From: an uncultured Saprospiraceae bacterium
GTDB lineage: Bacteria > Bacteroidota > Bacteroidia > Chitinophagales > Saprospiraceae
DNA: 49,017 bases
Assembly: GCA_937928615.1 (NCBI GenBank)
Contig: CALFWI010000063.1
Location: 1 to 49,017 of the forward strand
Reading direction: 5' to 3'
The notes under the pieces were generated by a model, which searched no databases, was not told the DNA's origin, and worked only from the letters and a program-made list of their open reading frames with translations. Within the stretch, counting starts at the first letter, position 1, and every line of letters begins with the position of its first letter. Of the stretch, positions 36,790 to 45,640 are shown piece by piece. Made by a program: the position numbers and the translations under genes.

Positions 36790-38210
36790 GTCAACGTCGC
36801 CAACATATAGATACTCGAAATTATAAAATTGTTGATTTTATAATGGCCATGCTCGCTTGGGCATGTTTTTATGGCTATCGAAAAGTTATTTCCGAGGAAG
36901 TGCCACTTGATCATACCGTACTACATGATGAGAATTTATATATCGGTATTATTGTCATTCCCATTGGTTGGCTTTTACTCTATTCCATTTTTGATAGGTA
37001 CCAAGATATTTATCGCTTGTCTCGGTTAGCCACTTTAGGTCGTACTTTTTTGATTTCTTTTATTGGCGTCTTTTTCCTCTTTTTTACCCTTATTCTAGAT
37101 GATGTCATTCAATCTTATACCACTTATATTGCTTCCTTTTTTGCTTTATTAGCCATCCATTTTTCCTGGACCGCAATCGCAAGAATGGTTTTGTTAACCA
37201 AAGCAAAACGAAGATTAAAAAAAGGACTAGTTAGTTATAATACGCTTATCATCGGAGGGAATCAAAAAGCCATTGATTTATACGAAGAGATTAATGGGCT
37301 GAAATTGCCAACTGGGAATAATTTTGTAGGCTTCATAGATTCTAATGGCAATAGTCAAAACGAATTGGTTCAATATTTACCTATTCTAGGAAAAATTAAA
37401 GACATTGGCCAAGTCATCAAAGAGAAGGAAATAGAGGAGGCAATTATTGCAATAGAAACTTCTGACCATAATAAAATCAAAGAAATCTTAAATGCTTTAG
37501 CCGATTTTGAAGAAGAAGTTTATACAAGAATTATCCCAGACATGTATGATATTTTATTGGGCACCGTTAAAATGAATCATGTTTTTGGCGCAGTACTCAT
37601 TGATATTCAACAAAATTTAATGCCTAGGTGGCAGCGCATTGTCAAGCGATTTCTTGATGTAGCAGCAAGTTTGACCATGCTGATGTTGCTTGCACCCGTT
37701 TATTTATACGTCGCATTAAAAGTCAAATTTTCTTCTAAAGGCCCTATTTTTTATCAACAAGAACGGATTGGGTTAAACGGGACACCTTTTAAGATTATTA
37801 AATTTCGGTCTATGTATACAGATGCAGAACGAAATGGCCCTCAACTATCTCAAGATAATGACAACCGCTGTACCCCGTGGGGAGCAGTGATGCGCAAATG
37901 GCGATTGGATGAGCTGCCTCAATTTTGGAATGTTTTAAAAGGGGATATGTCCTTAGTTGGTCCTCGTCCTGAACGCCAACATTATATTGATAGAATTATT
38001 AAAATTAGCCCTCATTATCGACACTTACTAAAAGTTCGTCCAGGTATTACTTCTTGGGGACAAGTCAAATATGGCTATGCTTCAAATATCGAAGAAATGG
38101 TACAACGGCTTCGCTTTGATATTTTATATATAGAGAATCGGTCTTTGGCACTAGATTTTAAAATTATGTTTTATACGCTAAAAGTTTTATGGGAAGGAAC
38201 GGGAAAGTAG
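36786..38210 (+). CDS. Polyprenyl-phosphate glycosyl-1-phosphate transferase (bacterial sugar transferase, WbaP/EpsB-like priming enzyme)
   Basis: 474-aa ORF. N-terminal TM helices, a central CoA_binding_3-like region, and a C-terminal Bac_transf domain (FKIIKFRSM, DELPQFWNVLKGDMSLVGPRPE). Confidence 0.85.
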   Translation: MSQRRQHIDTRNYKIVDFIMAMLAWACFYGYRKVISEEVPLDHTVLHDENLYIGIIVIPIGWLLLYSIFDRYQDIYRLSRLATLGRTFLISFIGVFFLFFTLILDDVIQSYTTYIASFFALLAIHFSWTAIARMVLLTKAKRRLKKGLVSYNTLIIGGNQKAIDLYEEINGLKLPTGNNFVGFIDSNGNSQNELVQYLPILGKIKDIGQVIKEKEIEEAIIAIETSDHNKIKEILNALADFEEEVYTRIIPDMYDILLGTVKMNHVFGAVLIDIQQNLMPRWQRIVKRFLDVAASLTMLMLLAPVYLYVALKVKFSSKGPIFYQQERIGLNGTPFKIIKFRSMYTDAERNGPQLSQDNDNRCTPWGAVMRKWRLDELPQFWNVLKGDMSLVGPRPERQHYIDRIIKISPHYRHLLKVRPGITSWGQVKYGYASNIEEMVQRLRFDILYIENRSLALDFKIMFYTLKVLWEGTGK

Positions 38211-38293
38211 GGCGGTAGGCAATTTGCAGTAGGGGCCGATTTCGTAAATCTTTGAGAAAAAAGTAAAGTAATTGAAAGAAGTTCAATAAAAAC

Positions 38294-38329
38294 AAAAGCT
38301 CAAACAAAATTGAATTTGTTTGAGCTTTT
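38294..38329. terminator. Bidirectional intrinsic terminator between the sugar transferase gene and recA
   Basis: AAAAGCTCAAACAAA (38294-38308) and TTTGTTTGAGCTTTT (38315-38329) form a 15-bp perfect inverted repeat with a 6-nt loop. The A/T runs lie at the ends. Confidence 0.65.
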
Positions 38330-38352
38330 ATTCTAGATACCCTTATCGCATA

Positions 38353-39414
38353 CTATGCTTTTGCTTTCTCCGCTACTTTTTCTTTTTTAGGGGCTTTTAC
38401 TTCTTCAATTGGAAGGTCTAAAATAGCTACTTTAATTTTTTGTTCAATTTCTAACGCTACTTCTGGATTATCTTCCATAAAACGTTTAGCAGCTTCTCGA
38501 CCTTGAGCAATTTTAGCATCGCCGTAAGCATACCAAGCACCACTCTTTTTGACAATATCGTGCGCTACACCAAGGTCAACAATCTCCCCTACTTTAGAAA
38601 TACCTTTTCCGTAAGTAATGTCAAACTCTGCCTCTCTAAATGGCGGAGCTAATTTATTTTTCTTCACCTTCACTTTTACGTGATTGGCTACTACGTTTCC
38701 TTCTTTATCTTTAATCGCTGCTCCACTTCTTCTAATATCTAAACGAACAGAAGCATAGAATTTTAAAGCGTTACCACCCGTTGTTGTTTCAGGGTTACCG
38801 AACATCACCCCAATCTTTTCTCTTAATTGGTTAATGAAAATACAACAAGTACCTGCTTTACCAATAATCGCAGTCAATTTTCTAAGCGCTTGAGACATCA
38901 AACGAGCTTGTAAGCCCATTTTAGAATCTCCCATTTCTCCTTCAATTTCCGCTTTAGGTACTAAGGCAGCAACTGAATCTACTACTATAATATCAATCGC
39001 TCCAGACCGAATTAGATTTTCTGTAATTTCTAATGCTTGCTCTCCATTATCTGGTTGCGCAATTAATAAATTATCAACATCCACTCCTAACTTCTCTGCA
39101 TAGAACCTATCGAAAGCATGTTCCGCATCAATGAAAGCAGCAATACCTCCTTGTTTTTGTGCCTCTGCAATGGCATGAATAGCCAGCGTTGTTTTACCAG
39201 AAGATTCTGGACCATATATTTCAACAACTCTTCCCTTAGGGAAACCTTGGATACCTAATGCAATATCCAATCCTAAAGAACCTGTAGGAATTGTTTCAAC
39301 TTGTACGACTTGTTTGTCTCCAAGTCTCATTACGGTTCCTTTTCCATAAGTTTTCTCCAATCTATCTACCGTTAATTGAAGTGCTTTTAGTTTATTTTCT
39401 CTTTCTTTAGACAT
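38353..39414 (-). CDS. recA: Recombinase A
   Basis: 353-aa ORF. Walker [10 protein letters not shown], and L1/L2 and core motifs ([42 protein letters not shown]). Confidence 0.97.
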   Translation of the reverse strand: MSKERENKLKALQLTVDRLEKTYGKGTVMRLGDKQVVQVETIPTGSLGLDIALGIQGFPKGRVVEIYGPESSGKTTLAIHAIAEAQKQGGIAAFIDAEHAFDRFYAEKLGVDVDNLLIAQPDNGEQALEITENLIRSGAIDIIVVDSVAALVPKAEIEGEMGDSKMGLQARLMSQALRKLTAIIGKAGTCCIFINQLREKIGVMFGNPETTTGGNALKFYASVRLDIRRSGAAIKDKEGNVVANHVKVKVKKNKLAPPFREAEFDITYGKGISKVGEIVDLGVAHDIVKKSGAWYAYGDAKIAQGREAAKRFMEDNPEVALEIEQKIKVAILDLPIEEVKAPKKEKVAEKAKA

Positions 39415-39465
39415 TATCAGCTATATTTTAAACTTATTAAAATCAATTATTTGTTTTCACTTATA

Positions 39466-39496
39466 CAAAAGTAAAGTATTTGTTTAGTAAAACAAA
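39466..39496 (-). promoter_or_regulatory. Candidate Bacteroidota promoter for recA (-7 TACTTTTG plus -33 TTTG)
   Basis: On the minus strand, TACTTTTG lies at 39466-39473 and TTTG at 39493-39496, with a 19-nt spacer. The -7 box is about 50 nt upstream of the recA ATG. Confidence 0.4.
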
Positions 39497-39596
39497 ACTT
39501 TTTGTAGTTTTTTTTAAAAAAAATAAACACATATTTGAATTATAGTAAAAGTATGGCTTTTCTTATAAATTATTTGTTTGATTTTCATTACAAGTA

Positions 39597-39630
39597 AAAA
39601 GCCTTTGATTTTTTATCATCAAAGGCTTTT
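39597..39630. terminator. Hairpin terminator downstream of mgsA
   Basis: AAAAGCCTTTGAT (39597-39609) and ATCAAAGGCTTTT (39618-39630) form a 13-bp perfect stem with an 8-nt loop. A/T runs are built into the stem ends. Confidence 0.5.
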
Positions 39631-39792
39631 AGGGACGAGGCAATAAATAACCTATCAGCCTGACGGGTTCTTTCTCCTTTTAGCTGCGTTAAAATTTTTC
39701 AACGTAGCGACAAACTATGCTGAAAAATTTTGCCTTGCTAAAAGAAAAAACAACCTCGTCATTTCTGGTAGATTATTTATTGCCTCGTCCCT
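39631..39792. repeat. 162-nt long imperfect hairpin element with 20-bp perfect terminal inverted repeats
   Basis: AGGGACGAGGCAATAAATAA (39631-39650) is the exact reverse complement of TTATTTATTGCCTCGTCCCT (39773-39792). The arms continue inward imperfectly (TGACGGGTT vs AACCTCGTCA; AAAATTTTTCA vs TGAAAAATTTT). Confidence 0.8.
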
Positions 39793-39825
39793 TATTTATT
39801 CAACTTTAAATCAAGTTATCTTTTG

Positions 39826-40197
39826 TTACTTACGACTAACGGCCAAGCCTTCCAACATCAGTTTTGCGGCAGCTGGATTAGTCGCTAAAGGTACATTATG
39901 CACATCACATAAACGCATCAGCATCTGTACATCTGGTTCGTGTGGATGTTTATCCATTGGGTCTCTAAAAAAGATAACTATATCCATTTGTTGAGTAGCC
40001 ACTAAAGCAGCGATTTGAGCATCTCCGCCCTTGGGTCCTGAAAGCAATTTTTCTACCTCAAACCCTGCATTTTCGATATGTCCGCCTGTAGTCCCTGTAG
40101 CAGATAGCTTTATTCCTGCTAACAAATGCTTATTTTGGAGAATGAAAGAAACCATTTCCACTTTTTTACCATTATGCGCTATGAGTGCTATTTGCAT
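39826..40197 (-). CDS. mgsA: Methylglyoxal synthase
   Basis: 123-aa ORF. Motifs ALIAH, ATGTTG, SGPKGGDAQI, FFRDP and PHEPDV. Confidence 0.85.
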   Translation of the reverse strand: MQIALIAHNGKKVEMVSFILQNKHLLAGIKLSATGTTGGHIENAGFEVEKLLSGPKGGDAQIAALVATQQMDIVIFFRDPMDKHPHEPDVQMLMRLCDVHNVPLATNPAAAKLMLEGLAVSRK

Positions 40198-40483
40198 TAA
40201 TTAGTTGATTTAGGGATTATTCAAAATGAAAGATGACCTTTCTTCAATTTGTAAATTGATTTGGTAAGTTATTAATGTATCGGAAAATTCATTCAACCTG
40301 TACAAATCAAATCATATGGAGCACTTACAAACTACACTCGTCAAAAAACTCCGTGTCCTCTATAAACTCCGTTCCTCTCCCGATTTGCAATACGGGACAA
40401 GCGGTGGTAAAAAACAGGCTTTTGAGTCTACTTACCCGATTTGGTCTTAAATATCTTCAAAAGCAATCATTCAGTCCTTGTTA

Positions 40484-42703
40484 TTATTCCCCAATCACTT
40501 TCCCAATCAAAGCTTTTACGGGATGGAAGTGTTTAACAACAATCACCGTTTTATCCGTTTTTTTAGCAATTTCTTCTGGAATATTTCCAAACAAAATCTG
40601 TGGATAAATACTCTTTCCTGCCGCACCAATCATTACCGCATCATGTCGCTTCGCTTCTGTTGCAATACCATCCACCACTGAAGTATTATTAATTAACTCT
40701 TGCTTTATTTCTATACCATTTTTTGCCCCTAGTCGATCAGTAGCCTTCTCTAAATTATCTTTACTGAAAGTTACTTGCTCTGAGGTAGAGCTATCAGAAA
40801 CAACTTGACAAACCGTTAAACTACCGCCATTTGTTTTGGCTAAGGAATGAGCATATTGTTCTGCACATTGTGCATGTTCCCCACCTGCAGTTGGCAATAA
40901 AATATCTTTGATAGGCTGGTCTCCAACTAATTTAACCAACATAATATCAGACTTTGCATGAGTTACCACATCGTCTGTAATCGTTCCTAACATTTTTTCT
41001 TTATTCGTAGAAAAACCTTTCCATCCCAAGACAATCAAATTACAATATCTATCACTAGAAGTTTCCAAAACGGCACGGGCAATATTATAACCTATTCGGA
41101 CTAAAGCATGTGCTGGAACGCCTTGACTCTCTGCAAATTTCCTAGCTTGCTTTAAAGCAATTTGTTCCTGTTCAACTCTTGTCTCATCATAACTAGTCAG
41201 TGGTACTTGATTGGGCACCGTCACGACTTTCAAGAGCAATAATTCACCACCTCGTTCCTTAGCAATAGCCGCAGCAATTTGAATTAGACTTTCTGTCGTT
41301 TTAGGATTTGCAATTGGTACTAATATTCTAAATTTATTTTTGTCAATCGTTCCTCTTCCTTGACTATGTGCAACGTGAGAAGCAGCACCTTTAATGGATG
41401 CTTCCGCTGTTTGCGTCCCTTTCCAGGCTAGAAAACCTAGCATTCCTACTACTAAACTACCAATTGCCATGAAAAAAGGTATGGTATCACTAAACATTTG
41501 ATAGAGTAAATAGAAATTAGCCAATACGCCTAATATTGGAATTAAAGGGACTAAAGGGACTTTGAACGGACGTTCTATGTCAGGAAATTTTTTACGATGA
41601 ATGATTAAGGCAATGTTTACCAACACCAAAGCCAATAACAATACAGTATTAGCATAAGTGGTTAAGTCTTCTAAATTGAGTATTAAAGAGAAGAATAAAA
41701 TAACGCCACCTACTAAGAGTACAGAAATAATCGGTGTTTTTGTTTTTTTATTAATTGTGCTAACTTTTTCTGGTAAATGCCCCAATTGACTCATTGACAG
41801 AATAACCCGCGACCCTGCCATAATCGACGCATTGGAAGCAGAAATCATAGAAAAAATAGCACCTGCAATAATTACATATCCGCCAAAAAAGCCTAAAAAT
41901 TTCTTCGCGGCTTCTCCCATGGAAGCTTCTGTATATTCTGTTAATCCTGCAAAAAGTACCACCAAAACAACTGCCGTATATAAAATGGTCACAACTCCCA
42001 TAGAGATGAAAATCGCCCTAGGAATTGTTTTGACAGGATCTTTCACTTCTCCTGCCGCCGCAGCAATAGCTGAAAAACCAAAGAAGGTGATAAATACCAT
42101 GGCAGCAGTCGAACCAATAGCGACTATATCTGTACTAAAACGATTAATCACTTCATCAATTTCAATGAATTTAACGCCACCTGAGATAAACCAAACCAAT
42201 AATAAGACCTTGGCTGCCGTAACGACCACTTGAAATTTTCCACTTTCCTCTGTTCCTTTGATATTTAATAAAGTCAAAGAAATTAAGAACACAATTCCTG
42301 ACAAGGCTTCAATTGGGCTATGCCAAATAAATTCATTAAAATAAGTAGATAAACTTGCAATATAGAAAGCGCAAGAAGAGGTATAGCCTAGGAATAAAGC
42401 CCAACCTACTAAATAAGCTAAAGGAGCAGGGTAAGTTTTTCGAGCATATAAATACCCTTCTCCCGTCCTTGGATAAATGGAGACAAATTCACAATAAACT
42501 AAAGCTGTAAAAGTTGCCGCTATACCTGCTAATAAAAATGATAAAATCGCGGCAGACCCTACATTTCTAATAGCTAAACCTGATAAGGTAAAAATTCCTG
42601 CAGCAATCATCGTCCCAATACCAATAGATAAAGCAGTAGGTAAACCTAAGTCTCTACTTAACTCTGTTTCTATATTTTGATGGGAATTGTTTTGATTTTC
42701 CAT
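40484..42703 (-). CDS. APC-superfamily amino acid permease fused to tandem universal stress protein (USP) domains
   Basis: 739-aa ORF. About 12 TM helices in the N-terminal ~440 aa. The C-terminal ~285 aa have two USP-like alpha/beta units (FRILVPIANP...LVLGWKG and ILLPTAGGEH...VMIGAAG). Confidence 0.8.
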   Translation of the reverse strand: MENQNNSHQNIETELSRDLGLPTALSIGIGTMIAAGIFTLSGLAIRNVGSAAILSFLLAGIAATFTALVYCEFVSIYPRTGEGYLYARKTYPAPLAYLVGWALFLGYTSSCAFYIASLSTYFNEFIWHSPIEALSGIVFLISLTLLNIKGTEESGKFQVVVTAAKVLLLVWFISGGVKFIEIDEVINRFSTDIVAIGSTAAMVFITFFGFSAIAAAAGEVKDPVKTIPRAIFISMGVVTILYTAVVLVVLFAGLTEYTEASMGEAAKKFLGFFGGYVIIAGAIFSMISASNASIMAGSRVILSMSQLGHLPEKVSTINKKTKTPIISVLLVGGVILFFSLILNLEDLTTYANTVLLLALVLVNIALIIHRKKFPDIERPFKVPLVPLIPILGVLANFYLLYQMFSDTIPFFMAIGSLVVGMLGFLAWKGTQTAEASIKGAASHVAHSQGRGTIDKNKFRILVPIANPKTTESLIQIAAAIAKERGGELLLLKVVTVPNQVPLTSYDETRVEQEQIALKQARKFAESQGVPAHALVRIGYNIARAVLETSSDRYCNLIVLGWKGFSTNKEKMLGTITDDVVTHAKSDIMLVKLVGDQPIKDILLPTAGGEHAQCAEQYAHSLAKTNGGSLTVCQVVSDSSTSEQVTFSKDNLEKATDRLGAKNGIEIKQELINNTSVVDGIATEAKRHDAVMIGAAGKSIYPQILFGNIPEEIAKKTDKTVIVVKHFHPVKALIGKVIGE

Positions 42704-43013
42704 GTTATATTATTAATTGTCCGCAATTTAAAATGTTTTTTTTGAGGGATAGGAATTTTTTAGACAAAAAATAATGGCTTAGGTAATAATTAAAATTAAA
42801 ATGCAAATTAAAATTGACTTCCGATTCCTACTTGATGGTAAACGCTTCACGATTATTAATCAAATAATTGACAACCAACTAAAACGCAATTAATTCATTT
42901 TCAATTATTTACGCCAACAAATAAGCGCTTCTTAAAATTAAAATTAGTCTCGATTAACAGCAATTATAATTTTAATGACTAAATATACTTTTTCATAGTT
43001 GCTAAACTAAAAA

Positions 43014-43072
43014 ATCCGTTGTGCCTTAAATTTATTGTTGAAGACAAACAATAGATTTAAGAACCAACGGAT
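43014..43072 (-). terminator. Extended imperfect hairpin with a T-run on the minus strand, downstream of the SDR gene
   Basis: ATCCGTTG/CAACGGAT, CTTAAAT/ATTTAAG and TATTGTT/AACAATA are stacked stems. On the minus strand they are followed by TTTTTAG. The element lies 30 nt after the SDR stop. Confidence 0.45.
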
Positions 43073-43101
43073 GCCAGCAATTCATTTTCGATACCTTTCT
43101 A

Positions 43102-43926
43102 TTACACAAAAAAGTCGGGTGCTAATTCCATCTCAGGATTTACCGCATAGTCCGTTAAATCCCTAATTCCTTCCTCTATCAACACTGCTTCATCTATAAA
43201 AAAATTGCCTGTACAAGTTTTACTGTCTTTTTTTAAGATATGATAAGCAGCATCTCCCATGATGGCAGGTTTTCGAGCGCGTTGTATAATTTCTTTTCCA
43301 CCTAATAAATTGCCAATAGCAGCAGTAGCAATTGCTGTTTTGGGCCAAAGTGCATTTACTGCTACGCCCTGTTTTCTAAATTCTCCTGCCATTCCTAATA
43401 CACACATGCTCATACCATATTTTGCCATAGTATAAGCAACATGTGGCGCAAACCATCTTTCTGTAATATTTTGAATGGGTGGTGCTAAATTTAGGATATG
43501 TGGATTCTCTGCTTTTAGTAAATAAGGCAAACAGCATTTGGAGGTTAGAAAAGTTCCTCGTGTATTGACACTATGCATTAGGTCATAGCGCTTCATTTCT
43601 GTTTGTAAAGTTCCCGTTAAAGAAATAGCACTCGCATTATTGATTAAGATGTCAATGCCGCCAAACGTTTCAATCGTTTTTTCAACCGCTGATAAAATGT
43701 TTTCTTCAAAACGAATGTCCACTTTAATGGGTAATGCTTTCCCGCCCGCTTTTTCCATTTCTTCGGCAGCTGTAAAAATAGTGCCTGATAGTTTAGGATG
43801 AGGCGTCGTCGTTTTAGCGGCAATGACAATATTCGCTCCTTCTTGCGCTAATCTCAAACCAATGGCTTTGCCAATCCCTCTACTTCCGCCAGTGATAAAT
43901 ACCGTTTTTCCTTTGAAACTTTTCAT
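43102..43926 (-). CDS. Short-chain dehydrogenase/reductase, HSDL2-like subgroup
   Basis: 274-aa ORF. TGGSRGIGKAI cofactor motif and YTMAKYG (YxxxK). The segment AAKTTTPHPKLSGTIFTAAEEMEKAGGKALP closely resembles the N-terminal SDR domain of hydroxysteroid dehydrogenase-like 2 proteins as I remember them. Confidence 0.8.
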   Translation of the reverse strand: MKSFKGKTVFITGGSRGIGKAIGLRLAQEGANIVIAAKTTTPHPKLSGTIFTAAEEMEKAGGKALPIKVDIRFEENILSAVEKTIETFGGIDILINNASAISLTGTLQTEMKRYDLMHSVNTRGTFLTSKCCLPYLLKAENPHILNLAPPIQNITERWFAPHVAYTMAKYGMSMCVLGMAGEFRKQGVAVNALWPKTAIATAAIGNLLGGKEIIQRARKPAIMGDAAYHILKKDSKTCTGNFFIDEAVLIEEGIRDLTDYAVNPEMELAPDFFV

Positions 43927-43963
43927 TTTGTGTTACTTATTTTATTAATGATAAATCTATTTG

Positions 43964-44008
43964 AAATGATGAACGATGAATTCATCGTTCATCATTTATC
44001 GTTCATTA
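43964..44008 (+). repeat. TTCATCR-family heptamer hairpin: 34-bp perfect palindrome plus two extra heptamers
   Basis: AAATGATGAACGATGAATTCATCGTTCATCATTT (43964-43997) is a perfect palindrome. The right arm reads TTCATCG TTCATCA TTTATCG TTCATTA (43981-44008). It sits in the divergent spacer, 38 nt from the SDR start and about 175 nt from the htrA-like start. Confidence 0.85.
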
Positions 44009-44175
44009 TGCTACTTATTTTGCTAATACATTTCTTCGCCAATTAAATACGGCAAAAGTAGCTAAATGTCAGCGTTAATTTCCTGTTAAAGTAATAAATA
44101 CCAGAACGAAAGGATTGTTCTAGGCGTTAGCTTTATAATTGAATTCCGACTAATTTTATAATTTTAAAACACTAA

Positions 44176-45342
44176 TTGAATATGAAAAATCTCCTATCAT
44201 TAGTTTTTGCTGGAATTATTGGAGGCTTGATTACTCTTGGTGGACATCAATTGATGCAAGAAGAAGCCCCAATTCAGCAACCCGTAGCGAAACAAGTTAG
44301 TACGACCATAGCTACTCCCAGTTCAAAACCAGTCCCATTAAATTTCACAGAAGCGGCGACTATTGCCATGCCAACGGTCGTGCATATTAAAGCTTCAGAG
44401 AGCAGAGGAAAAGCACAATATAGAAGAGATGAACAACAAGAGCATGAAGGAGATATGCTCGATTTCTTCTTTAATTCCCCATTTGGTGGTGGAGGTTCTC
44501 CCTTTGGAGGTCAACAGAAAAAAGGAACAGGTTCAGGTGTTATTATTTCCAATGATGGTTATATCGTTACCAATAAACATGTGGTAGATTTTGCGGATGA
44601 ACTGGAAGTAACTTTATATGATGACCGAACTTTTAAAGCAACTAAAATAGGTATTGACCCTAGAACAGACTTAGCCGTCATCAAAATAGATTCGGAGAAC
44701 TTACCTACTATGGAGTTTGCCAACTCAGACAGAGCACAAGTAGGAGAGTGGGTTTTAGCAGTAGGTAATCCTTTTGATCTAACTTCTACTGTTACAGCAG
44801 GAATTATTAGTGCCAAAGGAAGAAGTATTGGGGTCATTAAAAACTCACAAGCTATTGAAAACTTCATTCAAACGGATGCAGTGGTCAATCCAGGTAATAG
44901 TGGCGGCGCATTGGTCGATTTAGATGGTAATTTGGTAGGAATTAATACCGCTATTGCTACACCAACAGGTACATTTGCAGGGTATTCTTTTGCGATTCCT
45001 TCTAATATGGTGATGGATATTACCAATCATATTATTGAGCATGGCGGACCAAGAGCTATGTTAGGCGTTCAAGTAGTGGATGTAGATATAGATTTTGCAG
45101 CAGAACAGAACCTTTCTGTTGATAGCGGTGTTTATATTGCAGAATTGACCGATGGAGGGGCTGCACAATATGCTGGCATCTTACCAAATGACGTGATTAC
45201 TAGGGTGGATGGTGTGGAAGTAGTAGATGCACCAACGTTAATTGACATAGTGAGTAAAGCAAAAGTAGGGGAAACCTTGGAATTGACGATTAATAGAGAT
45301 GGGCGAACAAAGAAAATTCCAGTAACCTTGAAAGCGGGTTAA
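44176..45342 (+). CDS. S1C-family serine protease (HtrA/DegP/DegQ-like) with one PDZ domain
   Basis: 388-aa ORF. The likely start is the ATG at 44182. One N-terminal TM/signal segment. Catalytic triad context TNKHVV, DLAVIKI and GNSGGAL. C-terminal PDZ (GVYIAELTDGGAAQYAGILPNDVI). Confidence 0.85.
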   Translation: MNMKNLLSLVFAGIIGGLITLGGHQLMQEEAPIQQPVAKQVSTTIATPSSKPVPLNFTEAATIAMPTVVHIKASESRGKAQYRRDEQQEHEGDMLDFFFNSPFGGGGSPFGGQQKKGTGSGVIISNDGYIVTNKHVVDFADELEVTLYDDRTFKATKIGIDPRTDLAVIKIDSENLPTMEFANSDRAQVGEWVLAVGNPFDLTSTVTAGIISAKGRSIGVIKNSQAIENFIQTDAVVNPGNSGGALVDLDGNLVGINTAIATPTGTFAGYSFAIPSNMVMDITNHIIEHGGPRAMLGVQVVDVDIDFAAEQNLSVDSGVYIAELTDGGAAQYAGILPNDVITRVDGVEVVDAPTLIDIVSKAKVGETLELTINRDGRTKKIPVTLKAG

Positions 45343-45509
45343 AAAACCCGTACCTTTGTTTTGTTAGAAAATATTTATTTTTTCAAAAAATTTACATTTT
45401 TTTAACATTTCTTTAAAAACAAAACTGTCCTCAAAACAGTTATTATATAAACTCAAATGAACACATAAAGAAACTTGTTTAAAGTTGGTTTTTCGTTTTG
45501 TTTTGATGC

Positions 45510-45540
45510 GCCTGTCTCTCATTAGAGACAGGCTTTTTTT
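45510..45540 (+). terminator. Canonical rho-independent terminator
   Basis: GCCTGTCTCT CATT AGAGACAGGC is a 10-bp GC-containing perfect stem with a 4-nt loop, followed by TTTTTTT. It lies 168 nt downstream of the htrA-like stop. Confidence 0.75.
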
Positions 45541-45640
45541 ATATCCCTTTTTCCCTTTCCCTATTTCAATCAAATTTAGCTAAGTTTTATAGGTTTAAAT
45601 AATATTAAAATCTAAGCATTTATTTACCTACCTTTCTTAG

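Noticed and set aside
40275-40681. Two + strand ORFs (110 and 67 aa) in the mgsA-permease spacer that run into the permease gene
   Set aside because: They overlap the USP-domain end of the permease in antisense. Their composition is Ser/Ile-rich and motif-free.
45364-45573. 69-aa minus-strand ORF in the htrA-comF spacer
   Set aside because: Its product is lysine-rich and low in complexity. It reads straight through the canonical + strand terminator hairpin. The region is better explained as a 3' UTR or sRNA.
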